Assembly (NCBI RefSeq): GCF_006345805.1 | Contig: NW_021824873.1 | Span: 1-17,772, forward strand | Origin: Octopus sinensis | Taxonomy: Eukaryota | DNA: 17,772 nucleotides | Direction of reading: 5' to 3' | Shown: one piece after another, positions 1 to 9,608 of the stretch | How positions within the stretch are numbered: position 1 is the stretch's first letter | Layout of the letters: the number at the start of each line of letters is the position of its first letter | Notes under the pieces: generated by a model | Databases searched by the model: none | The model's input: only the letters and a program-made list of their open reading frames with translations | Told to the model about the DNA's origin: nothing | Position numbers and translations under genes: made by a program

Positions 1-282
1 TTGCCGAACCGCTAAGTAACGGAGACATAAACATACCAGCATCGGTTGTCAAGCAATGCTAAGGGGACAAACAGAAACACACAAACACACACGCGCATAT
101 ATATATATATACATATATACGACGGGCTTCTTTCAGTTTCCGTCTACCAAATCCACTCACAAGGCTTTGGTCGGCCCGAGGCTATAGTAGATGACACTTG
201 CCCAAGGTGCCACGCAGTGGGACTGAACCCAGAAGCATGTGATTGGTAAACAAGCTACTTACCACACAGCCACTCGTACGCC
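1..282 (-). mobile_element. tRNA-derived SINE family A (CORE-like), cut by window start
   Basis: Minus strand reads GGCGTACGAGTGGCTGTGTGGTAAG (A box) ... GGGTTCAGTCCC (B box) ... CCTTGGGCAAGTG (CORE-like block), then an internal (TA)n(TG)n linker. Closely similar to the copies at 2015-2171 and 5095-5481. Confidence 0.85.
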
Positions 283-982
283 TATATTGAGCTTTATTTG
301 ATAACCAGTTGATCTAGAAAGCGGCGCCTCATTTCAGTGGGGGTGGGCGGTGCACATTGATGCCGTCGGGAAGTAGTCCCCAAAACGGCGCACATTCTCT
401 CCTGATGACCCCCATACACTTGCTTGCTTCCAGTATGCGGAGCTTTCGACTGGTAGCTCTTGCATGTGCAAGTTGTTTGCAAAACATGACGCTGAAATAT
501 CTTCAAGTAGTTTAATGTGGTTTCAGAAAAGGTTTCGCTGCTATGTCTAGCGAATCGAACGACCACTTTGTAGCTCCTTCGTTTGAACGTCACGGTCTGC
601 TTTTCGCCCTGCATGTGTTAACACTCATTGACAGCAACAATAACATCGCTATTAGGTCCGCTAGTACTTTAACCTTTTGACATAGGAAGCGTGGCTAAAT
701 ACATCCTTTGTTGAAACTCTCGTCCTCTTGACCTTTTGCGGTCACGGAACGTGGCTACAAGGAATTGGTTTTTCTCTCAGCATACCATACACACACAAAA
801 ACAAAAAACAAAAAACATACACAGCTGCTTCTTATACTAACTGCTGCTTTCTGCTAGGCTAGAGTCTGCTTCCAGCCTCTCTTGTTTGGATACAGTGATG
901 TACTACGTGACTGATGACCTCTGTAGGCGGATATTTACAGTCGGTTCAAATGTCAGGAAGTCAGCATCAACGCCAACGCCAG

Positions 983-1015
983 CGTCGTCGTCGTCATCAT
1001 CATCAGCATCATCAG

Positions 1016-1056
<41 letters not shown>
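983..1056. repeat. (GTC)n/(CAT)n microsatellite
   Basis: Direct reading; explains the poly-S/D/H/M ORFs. Confidence 0.95.
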
Positions 1057-1057
<1 letters not shown>

Positions 1058-1133
1058 TGTTGTCGTTGCCGTCATTATCAACATCTCCCCCCTTGTCATC
1101 GTTCTCATCATCTGCGTTCTCATCATGTGACAT

Positions 1134-1136
<3 letters not shown>

Positions 1137-1195
<59 letters not shown>

Positions 1196-1211
1196 CGTAT
1201 ATTATATATAA
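1137..1211. repeat. (TA)n microsatellite
   Basis: Direct reading. Confidence 0.95.
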
Positions 1212-1212
1212 T

Positions 1213-2011
1213 AAGGTGGCGAGCTGGCAGAAATGTTAGCATGCCGGGCGAGCTGGCAGAAACGTTAGCACGCCGGGCAAAATGCGTAGCCGTATTTCGT
1301 CTGACGTTACGCTCTGAGCTCAAATTCCACCGAGGTCTACTTTGCCTTTCATCCTTTCGGGGTCGATAAATTAAGTACCAGTTACGCACTGGGATCGATG
1401 TAATCGACTTAATCCGTTTGTCTGTCCTTGTTTGTCCCCTCTGTGTTTAGCCCCTTGTGGGCAGTAAAGGTATTTCGTCTGACGTTACGCTCTGAGCTCA
1501 AATTCCACCGAGGTCTACTTTGCCTTTCATCCTTTCGGGGTCGATAAATTAAGTACCAGTTACGCACTGGGATCGATGTAATCGACTTAATCCGTTTGTC
1601 TGTCCTTGTTTGTCCCCTCTGTGTTTAGCCCCTTGTGGGCAGTAAAGGTATTTCGCCTGCCGTTACGTTCTGAGTTCAAATTCCGCCGAGGTCGACTTTG
1701 CCTTTCATCCTTTCGGGGTCGATAAATTAAGTACCAGTTACGCACTGGGATCGACATAATCGACTTAATCCGTTTGTCTGCCCTTGTTTGTCCTCTCTGT
1801 GTTTAACCCCTTATGGGTGGTAAAGAAATAGATATTTCGTCTGCCGTTACGTTCTGAGTTCAAATTCCGCCGAGGTCGGCTTTGCCTTTCATCCTTTCGG
1901 GGTCGATAAATTAAGTACCAGTTACGCATTGGGGTCAATGTAATCGACTTAATCCCTTTGTCTTCCTTGTTTGTCCTCTCTATGTTTAGCCCCAAGTGGG
2001 CAATAAAGAAA
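1213..2011 (+). mobile_element. tRNA-derived SINE family B with duplicated head and four tandem body units
   Basis: The 29-bp head segment is duplicated (1221-1249, 1250-1278). Body units start at 1292, 1470, 1648 and 1832 (periods 178, 178, 184). B box GAGTTCAAATTC in units 3-4. Homologous to the copies at 5899, 8613, 10620 and 15183. Confidence 0.88.
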
Positions 2012-2014
2012 TTA

Positions 2015-2171
2015 TGGGCTTCTTTCAGTTTCCGTCTACCAAATCCACTCACAAATCTTTGGTCGGCCCGAGGCTATAGTAGAAGACACTTGCCCAAGGT
2101 GCCACGCAATGGGACTGAACCCGGAACCGTGTGGTTGGTAAGTAAGATACTTACCACACAGCCACTCCTAC
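2015..2171 (-). mobile_element. SINE family A, 5' half
   Basis: Matches 124-277 and 5323-5479; A and B boxes on the minus strand. Confidence 0.85.
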
Positions 2172-2224
2172 TCTTGTTTAAAGAGGATAAAATATCAACT
2201 AGATTATGGCTGGGAGGTAACAAT

Positions 2225-3240
2225 TTACTCAAAGTAACCACCATCAGCTTCCATTTTGCCTCAAGACATCTTTGCATCCTGGTGCATGTGTCCCTTACTG
2301 TTACTGGGAAGATCTTTTAATATCTCCTTGATCATGGCCACCAGCTCGGCCTTGGTGTTGCAGGTAGAGCAATTGCTGTCTTTCTCAAACGAGCCCCACA
2401 CATAGTAATCCACAAGCATACAATTAGGGGAATTAGGAAACCAGAAAATGGGGCTGGTAAGGTCGTAAAAATTCTCCAACAACTACGTCTCCCCCTTTGA
2501 TTTTTTCCGGAAATATGGCAAGGAGATGATTCCTGTTACCACATATATGACCTCCCAGCAGCAAGCCTCTCCATCCATGGTTTGACCACAGTCACCAGCA
2601 GCTTCACAAAAGAGCGTCTAAATTTACCCTAAGACCATGTTCAAAGATGTGGAGACACGTCCAAAGGCCATCACTGTTTGAAAGAACTTGCTTTTTATGA
2701 TACATGGGATATCACAAGGATTATAGGCATGACGCCTGTTGCTCTGGGTGTTGTGCAACAGTTGCTAGCAGACATTTTATCTCAACTGTGAAGCATCAGG
2801 TCAACCTCGGCTCAATAGGATGCCTCTGATTGTTCAGGAGCTTCTTTGTCTTCGTTAAGCGGTTCTCATTGACCTTGGCTGTGAGAATTTGTCCCTTGCA
2901 CCTCTTTTACGTGTGGTAACAAAGGTCCTCATTCAAGACCAGCTTCATGGTAGGGACTCCAACGCTTCATCTCTCTCTCTCCAAAGCCTGTATTCCCTTG
3001 CTCAGATCTTCCACCACTTTGTCTTGCAGCTGATTAATGAATTCTGGCCTTCTGTGTCCTTTCCAGCTGGCCACGACTTTGTAGTCTTCGTTACAGCAGT
3101 CCATACCACGCCTTTCAGCCCTTGCATTGTTCACACAGCATTGGACAGCAGTTATGAGGCTGGCATTTTGATCACCGGCGCGAATCATCATAATACAGTG
3201 TAACTCTTTACCAATATTCAGATGGCTTCCTGTCCTCTAT
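2225..3240 (-). pseudogene. Decayed Tc1/mariner-superfamily transposase (maT/DD37D-like)
   Basis: Minus-strand translation across stops and frameshifts gives MMIRAG..., MKLVLNEDL, KGQILT, HNTQSNR, KFFQTVMAFGRVS, VVKPWMERLAAGRSYMW*QESSPCH (QQDSAPCH-like), WFPNSPNCMLVDYYVWG (WPPNSPDxNPxDY-like) and a C-terminal EADGGYFE*. No TIRs recognised. Confidence 0.85.
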
Positions 3241-3256
3241 GTCAGCTACGCAACTT

Positions 3257-3259
<3 letters not shown>

Positions 3260-3303
<44 letters not shown>

Positions 3304-3311
3304 TACACACA
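3260..3311. repeat. (CA)n microsatellite
   Basis: Direct reading. Confidence 0.95.
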
Positions 3312-3439
3312 CCACGCGCGCATTTTTACATATGTAAATAACATCTATACACATGTACATGCAAGGAAATTCACATAGTGAATGAAACCCTTATTTCTGT
3401 GAAGTCATGCGAACTGAACCCGTTTAAAACTCTTAGAAG

Positions 3440-3972
3440 TACCACTACAACCACCTCCACCACCACTACCACCACCACCACTACCACCACCACCACTACC
3501 ACCTCCCCGACCACCACTACTTCCACCTCCACTACCACCATCACCTCCACTACCACCATCACCTCCACAATTACAACCACTACTACCACCTCCACAACCC
3601 CCACCACAACAACCTCCGCCACCACCTCTACCACCTCTACCACCACCTCCACCACCATCACCACAACCACCTCAACCTCCACCGCTACTACCACCTCCAC
3701 AATCACCCCTCCACAACTACCTCTGCCACTATCACCACTTCCACCATCTCCACCACAACCGCCTCTACCACAACTACCTCCACCACTACTACATACACCA
3801 CAACCACCTCCACCACCACCACCGCCACTACTGCCGCATCCACAACCACTTCCACCACCACCACCTCCACCACCACCACCATCACCACCACCACCACCAC
3901 CACCACCACCACCACCACTACCATCATCACCACCACCATTACTACACCTCCACCACCACCACCACTACCATT
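3440..3972. repeat. Degenerate (ACC)n trinucleotide tract (~530 bp)
   Basis: ACC/ACT/TCC/ATC triplets; source of the poly-T/P/H/V ORFs. Confidence 0.95.
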
Positions 3973-4066
3973 ACAAGAGACACTATATCATTGGACACCT
4001 CCGTACACTACAACCAAAATATAATACCACACTCCTGGTAACCTTCACTCATTTCTATCCGTCACG

Positions 4067-4067
<1 letters not shown>

Positions 4068-4111
<44 letters not shown>

Positions 4112-4258
4112 ACCTTCGCCCTTATAAATCTTAATGCTCATCGACACCACCCCAAAACTCGTTCCGGCCTCAACCTTCCACCATCACCGTCAACAGCTAG
4201 AAATCCTCACACACACACACATACATTATATCATTATATATATATGTGTGTGTGTACA

Positions 4259-4300
<42 letters not shown>

Positions 4301-4321
4301 TGTACACACACATATATATAT

Positions 4322-4357
<36 letters not shown>

Positions 4358-4387
4358 ATTTTTAAATATATATATATATATATATAT
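4068..4387. repeat. (CA)n and (TA)n microsatellite cluster
   Basis: (CA)n at 4068-4109; compound CA/TG/TA at 4208-4387. Confidence 0.9.
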
Positions 4388-4484
4388 TCAACTCACACCT
4401 TCGCAGTCAACCACACCCAACAATTCTTGAATGATGATCTAAACGCCACCCCAGCCCACCCCGGCACGGGGTCTGTGTCATTCT

Positions 4485-4565
4485 CCACCACCACCACCAC
4501 CAGCAATCACTACAACCACCACTACCATGACTACTACTACTACAAATACTACCGACACCACCACC
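4485..4565. repeat. (ACC)n/(ACT)n microsatellite
   Basis: Direct reading. Confidence 0.85.
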
Positions 4566-5039
4566 CTCTATTCCGAAAGCTGTCACTACCACCCTCATCC
4601 ACCCAAGGTATTTCATCTACCACAGCTAACAAACCGGTACCGATTTGCTTTTAAAGGGGCGATACCCGAGAAAAATATCTAGAAAGAAGAAAGAAGAAAA
4701 GAATACAAGCATAAGAAAAATGTAAAAAAGAACAAGAAGCATGAGGTCTTGAAAGGTCATGACCTCCAAAAGAAAAAGACAGACAGATATACAATTTAAG
4801 ACAGATTCTACCCCCTACATACACACACACGTGTGCGCTCGAGAAGTAGGGGTACGGTGTACATAGAAGCTTTTCTGTTGCGCTTTCGTTTATCGTCGCT
4901 CGACAACCATAGTTGGCTGACTACCAACATCAGTCTCTTCAGGATGGAGTTAACGTGTGAAAGAGGCAATCTACAGAGACGTTTATTATATTTGCTAGAA
5001 ATAGCAACCATATATTCCTCAGATGACACTCTGATAACA

Positions 5040-5085
5040 CAATAATACTTTCTAGTATAGACACAAGGTCTGAAATTTTGAAGGT
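5040..5085 (-). mobile_element. SINE family B 3' tail fragment
   Basis: Reverse complement CAAAATTTCAGACCTTGTGTCTATACTAGAAAG resembles the tails at 8977-9015 and 9186-9220. Confidence 0.6.
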
Positions 5086-5094
5086 AGAAGATAC

Positions 5095-5481
5095 TTTTTT
5101 ACTCTTTTACTTGTTTCAGTCATTTGACTGCGGCCATGCAGGAGCACCGCCTCTTAGTCGGGCAAATCGACCCCAGGACTTATTCTTTGTAAGCCTAGTG
5201 CTTATTCTATCGGTCTGTTTTGCCGAACCGCTAAGTTACGGGGATGAAAACACACCAGCATCGGTTGTCAAGCGATGTAGTGGGGACAAACACACACACA
5301 TATATATATACATATATACGACGGGCTTCTTTCAGTTTCCGCCTACCAAATCCACTCACAAGGCTTTGGTCTGTCCGAGGCTATAGTAGAAGACACTTGC
5401 CCAAGGTGCCACGCAGTGAGACTGAACCCGGAGCCATGTGGTTGGTAAGCAAGCTACTTACCACACAGCCACTCCTACACC
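5095..5481 (-). mobile_element. SINE family A, apparently full length
   Basis: Head with A box and a degenerate B box, CORE-like block, internal microsatellite (5288-5318), second domain, and 3' tail GGCGGTGCTCCTGCATGGCCGCAGTCAAATGACTGAAACAAGTAAAAGAGTAAAA. Confidence 0.88.
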
Positions 5482-5898
5482 ACAGTCGATTAGGATTTTT
5501 TTGTTCATTCGCAAAATATGCATTTTTTGAAAAGAAGTAGAAAATCTGAAAATCAGCTGTAATAATGTAGCCTTTCAGTCTCATTGCTTTGAAGGTATGA
5601 TGCTGAAAAAAACTGGCGAAGAAAGTTACAAAGGTTTAAAAATTGTAAGAAAAAACTGAGTATTTTTAGCCAATAGCGAGACAGAAATTGTCTGCGTTTA
5701 GCGGAGCGGTGTCAATTTTAAGGCTGTACCCTATGAAATTTATAGTTTAGCGTCTAACCTGTTCATTGTAAGTTTCTAAATAAACAGAAATACCTAATAA
5801 AATCAACATGTATCCTCTTACTGTTTCTTTTGTCTCTTCATTGATTGTATATTTTTATCATTTTAAAAAATTGGTTATATTAATATATTTGTCTGCAT

Positions 5899-6259
5899 AA
5901 GGCGGCGAAATGGCAGAAACGTTAGCACGCCGGGCGAAATGCGTAGCCGTATTTCGTCTGCCGTTACGTTCTGAATTCAAATTCTATCGAGGTCGACTTT
6001 GCCTTTCATCCTTTCGGGGTCGATAAAGTAAGTACCAGTTACGCACTGGGATCGATATAATCGACTTAATCCGTTTGTCTGTCCTTGTTTGTACTCTCTG
6101 TGTTTAGCCCCTTGTAGGTAGTAAAAAAATAGGTATTTCATCTGTCTTTACGTTATGAGTTCAAAATCCGCTGAGATCGACTTTGAAATTAAATACCAGT
6201 TGCGTACTGGGGTAGATCTAATCGACTGGCTCCCTCCCCAAAATTTTCGGGCCTTGTGT
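5899..6259 (+). mobile_element. SINE family B, dimeric form (second body internally deleted)
   Basis: Head AAGGCGGCGAAATGGCAGAAACG, body with tail X, then a second body from ~6133 with tail Y. Confidence 0.85.
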
Positions 6260-6806
6260 TTACTTTATGCGTACTTCAGTATTATGTATACCTGCCATGT
6301 ATTTATGTACATCATTAATATATAAGTGTGTGAAAAGATGGCGTCTGTCTCCAAAGTTGAGTAACGTTTTCATGCTACACTAAGAATAACACTGGTCAAC
6401 AAAGAATTTGTCCTAAGAAAAAGTATACCTGTATCTTGTATGTTTTTGCGTGCAGAATTCAAAAATAATGTCAAATTATCTGTATCACCCACAGTTTCTC
6501 TGTTCCACGATTTCCCTCTCAGTTCCTGTTACGTGGGCTAAATTTCAGTTAAGCTGTTGAAATGTGAAGCTAACGGTTTAAGGAGTACTCCTAATTGAAA
6601 TTTTTATGAATAGAATTAACCTAGTGAAGTCATAAATCCAGCTATCTGAGTCAACGAGTCCCAAAAATATATGAAATGAAAAATATGTAAAAATACTAAC
6701 ACAGAGAAAAATACTAACAAACAGAAGCATAGAAAAAAATGTGATATACTAACACACAGAGAAATTAAAAGATGCGGGGGAAATGAACAATAGACAAAAG
6801 CGGCAC

Positions 6807-6884
6807 AGCCAATAGTGAATTACAACACAGCGTGCAGTTGTCATGGTAACAAGCTGCTAATGCCACGCTGTCTATTGATTGGCT
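6807..6884. promoter_or_regulatory. Candidate CCAAT - RFX X-box - inverted CCAAT cassette
   Basis: AGCCAAT 6807-6813; GTTGTCATGGTAAC 6837-6850 fits the X-box pattern GTHNYYATRRNAAC; ATTGGCT 6878-6884. No linked transcript is visible. Confidence 0.3.
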
Positions 6885-6969
6885 AAACTTTCCCAAATTT
6901 CCCAACTTTAATTCCAAATAACATTCATTTACGAGATAATGTAACTGGTTGATCGTAATCAAAATTCAG

Positions 6970-8205
6970 AGTCACTATTTGGCTAGGAAAAATATCATAG
7001 AAAAAAGTCACACTAATATACTCACAATTTTGGCTAGGAAAAAAGTCGCAAGAAAATAAGTCACAATTTGGCTAGGAAAAATGTTACACTAACAAACTCA
7101 CAATTTTGGCTAGGAAAAAGTCACAAGAAAATAAGTCACAATTTGGCTAGGAAAAAAGTCGAAAGAAAATAAGTCACAATTTGGCTAGGAAAATTGTCAC
7201 ACTAATAAACTCACAATTTTGGCTAGGAAAAATGTCACCGGAAAATAAGTCACAGTTATAAAGTCACAATTTTGGCTAGGAAAAAGTCACAATTTGGCTA
7301 GAAAAAAGTCACAATTTGGCTAGGAAAAAAGTCGCAAGAAAATAAGTCACAATTTGGCTAGGAAAAATGTCACACTAATAAACTCACAATTTTGGCTAGG
7401 AAAAATGTCACCGGATAATAAGTCACAGTTATAAAGTCACAATTTTCGCTAGGAAAAAGTCACAATTTGGCTAGGAAAAATGTCACACTAATAAACTCAC
7501 AATTTTGGCTAGGAAAAAGTCACAAGAAAATAAGTCACAATTTGGCTAGGAAAAAAATCGCAAGAAAATAAGTCACAATTTGGCTAGGAAAAATGTCACA
7601 GTAATAAACTCACATTTTGGCTAGGAAAAATGTCACCGGAAAATAAGTCACAGTTATAAAGTCACAATTTTGGCTAGGAAAAAGTCACAATTTGGCTAGG
7701 AAAAAAGTCGCAAGAAAATAAGTCACAATTTGGCTAGGAAAAATGTCACACTAATAAACTCACAATTTTGGCTAGGAAAAATGTCACCGGATAATAAGTC
7801 ACAGTTATAAAGTCACAATTTTCGCTAGGAAAAAGTCACAATTTGGCTAGGAAAAATGTCACACTAATAAACTCACAATTTTGGCTAGGAAAAAGTCACA
7901 AGAAAATAAGTCACAATTTGGCTAGGAAAAAAATCGCAAGAAAATAAGTCACAATTTGGCTAGGAAAAATGTCACAGTAATAAACTCACAATTTTGGCTA
8001 GGAAAAATGTCACCGGAAAATAAGTCACAGTTATAAAGTCACAATTTTGGCTAGGAAAAAGTCACAATTTGGCTAGGAAAAGTGTCACACTAATAAACTC
8101 ACAATTTTGGCTAGGAAAAATGTCACCGGAAAATAAGTCACAATTTGGCCAGGAAAAAATCACACTAATGAAGTCACAATTTTGGCTAGGAAAAAGTCAC
8201 AGTAA
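6970..8205. repeat. Modular minisatellite with 376-bp higher-order repeat
   Basis: About 33 cores TCACAATTT(T)GGCTAGGAAAAA joined by a few recurring linkers. Rare variants recur at a 376-bp offset (7411/7787, 7447/7823, 7558/7934, 7601/7977). Confidence 0.95.
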
Positions 8206-8313
8206 TAAAGTACCAAGCTTTAAAAAAATAAGTTTAATCATTCGATTAAAAATTAATGAAGGCTGTGCCCCAGCATGGCCGAAGTTTAATGACTGAAGCA
8301 AAAGAATGAAAAG
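8203..8313 (+). mobile_element. SINE family A 3' tail fragment
   Basis: GGCTGTGCCCCAGCATGGCCGAAGTTTAATGACTGAAGCAAAAGA (from 8261) resembles the reverse complement of ~5105-5152. Confidence 0.7.
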
Positions 8314-8612
8314 CGTTATAATCTTTCTTTGAATTGGTTCTCTGCACGCGGCCATTGTGTTGTCAACCTCAGTACCGTAATTCTCCATGTGTAGGTAGGA
8401 AGCGATCTTCCTAACAAGAACAAGCAGTTGCAACAGAAGGCCAATAATGCAAACAGGCCGCTAAGGAAAGAATGCCGACAGGTAAGGATAAAGAAAAACA
8501 CTGACCTGCTCCGGGTATAATCTGCTTTGGAAATTATGGTGCCCAGGTATATAAAACAATGATCATGTGAAGTGAACCAACACAAAGTATTATTGTAATA
8601 TTTTTCATGATT

Positions 8613-9012
8613 AAGGCGGCGAGCTGGCAGAAACGTTAGCACGCCGGGCGAAATGCGTAGCTGTAATTTCGTCTGTCGTTACGTTGTGAGTTCAAATTCC
8701 GCCGAAGTCGACTTTGCCTTTCATCCTTTCGGGGTCGATAAATTAAGTACTAGTTACGCACTGGGGTCGATGTAATCGACTTAGTACCCGTCTGTCTTTG
8801 TTTGTCCTCTCTATGTTTAGCCCCTTGTGGGTAGGTAATAAAGAATAGGTATTTCGTCTGTCTTTACGCACTAAGTTCAAATTCCGCCGAGGTTACCTTT
8901 GCTTCGCGTCCTTTTGGGGTCGATAAATTAAGTACTAGTTGCATGCTGGGATCGATCTAATCGACTGGCCACCTCCCAAAAAATTTCGGACTTTGTGCCT
9001 AGAGTAGGAAAG
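8613..9012 (+). mobile_element. SINE family B, dimeric, with TSD
   Basis: Head, body/tail X, body/tail Y. Flanked by AATATTTTTCATGATT (8597-8612) and AATATTTTTATGATT (9013-9027). Confidence 0.88.
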
Positions 9013-9027
9013 AATATTTTTATGATT

Positions 9028-9218
9028 AAGGCAGAAACGTTAGCACACCGGGCGAAATACTTAGCGGTATTTCATCTGTCTGATTTCAAATTCCGCTGGG
9101 GTTGACTGCCTTTCATCCTTTCGGGCTCGATAAATTAAGTACCAGTTGCGTGCTGGGGTCGATGTAGTCTACTGGCCACCTCCCCCAAAATTTCGGCCCT
9201 TGTGCCTAAAGTAAAATG
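9028..9218 (+). mobile_element. SINE family B, 5'-shortened monomer with tail Y
   Basis: Starts GGCAGAAACGTTAGCAC; followed by a third TSD-like copy AATATTTTTCATGGTT (9219-9234). Confidence 0.8.
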
Positions 9219-9331
9219 AATATTTTTCATGGTTATTTCAGTAATGAATTATCTAAAATTATATTTTCCCTTCGAATTTTATTGATATTAAATGATATTA
9301 AAGTTCGAAAACAGAAATATATATAACTGAA

Positions 9332-9413
9332 GGGCTTTTGTTCTATTTCGCACTTTAACTTAGGGGATTTTTGTCCGAGGCTTTTTTGTCTAAGTGGAGT
9401 TTTGTCTGGACCC
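9332..9413. mobile_element. Possible DNA-transposon (Mutator-like) terminus with short GG..TTTTGT repeats
   Basis: Four GG(n)TTTTGT(C) units in ~80 bp; no partner end found. The family assignment is recollection only. Confidence 0.3.
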
Positions 9414-9519
9414 AAGGTGTGAGTCAGTAGTAGACTAAAATGCGTCTCCTCATCAGTGTTGCTCAAACGTTTTTCAGGAAGAGGCCTACAAATTCTTCTA
9501 AAAAATTCATGAACCATAC

Positions 9520-9608
9520 ACGCAGTCGTGACCGCGTGGTAAGAAGTTTGTCTCCAGCTGACCAAAGCTTGAGAGTAGATTTGTAGACGGAAACTGGAAG
9601 AAGTTCCT
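9520..9608 (+). mobile_element. Degenerate, internally deleted SINE family A
   Basis: GTGGTAAGAAGTTTG head fused to GACCAAAGCTTGAGAGTAGATTTGTAGACGGAAACTGGAAGAAG; followed by a CA/TA tract. Confidence 0.7.

Noticed and set aside
210-282. tRNA gene from A/B boxes
   Set aside because: It is a SINE head continuing into the SINE body in multiple copies; no full cloverleaf is seen.
402-408. CTGATGA here and at 13954
   Set aside because: No stem II plus GAAA geometry; the 13954 copy is part of the HINE-like element.
483-505. Short match to 16649-16669 (CTGAAATATCTTCA)
   Set aside because: The match does not extend and chance cannot be excluded.
886-1389. Poly-Ser/Asp/His/Met ORFs
   Set aside because: Overlapping frames across (CAT)n, (TA)n and a SINE.
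3371-4127. Mucin/extensin-like 249-aa ORF and antisense poly-Val ORFs
   Set aside because: Stop-free reading of an (ACC)n tract running into (CA)n; no domain or splice support.
4107-4196. Strong minus-strand donor AAG|GTAAGT with possible upstream exon
   Set aside because: All three frames of the putative exon contain stops and the acceptor is weak.
6581-6592. Perfect 12-bp palindrome AGGAGTACTCCT
   Set aside because: A few such palindromes are expected by chance in 17.8 kb.
6970-8205. CRISPR-like repeat/spacer appearance
   Set aside because: Spacers are reused from about four related types and resemble the repeat itself. There are no cas genes and the context is eukaryotic.
8525-8560. FIYLGTII resembling a LINE RT YLG motif (minus strand)
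   Set aside because: No other RT motifs in the flanking translation.
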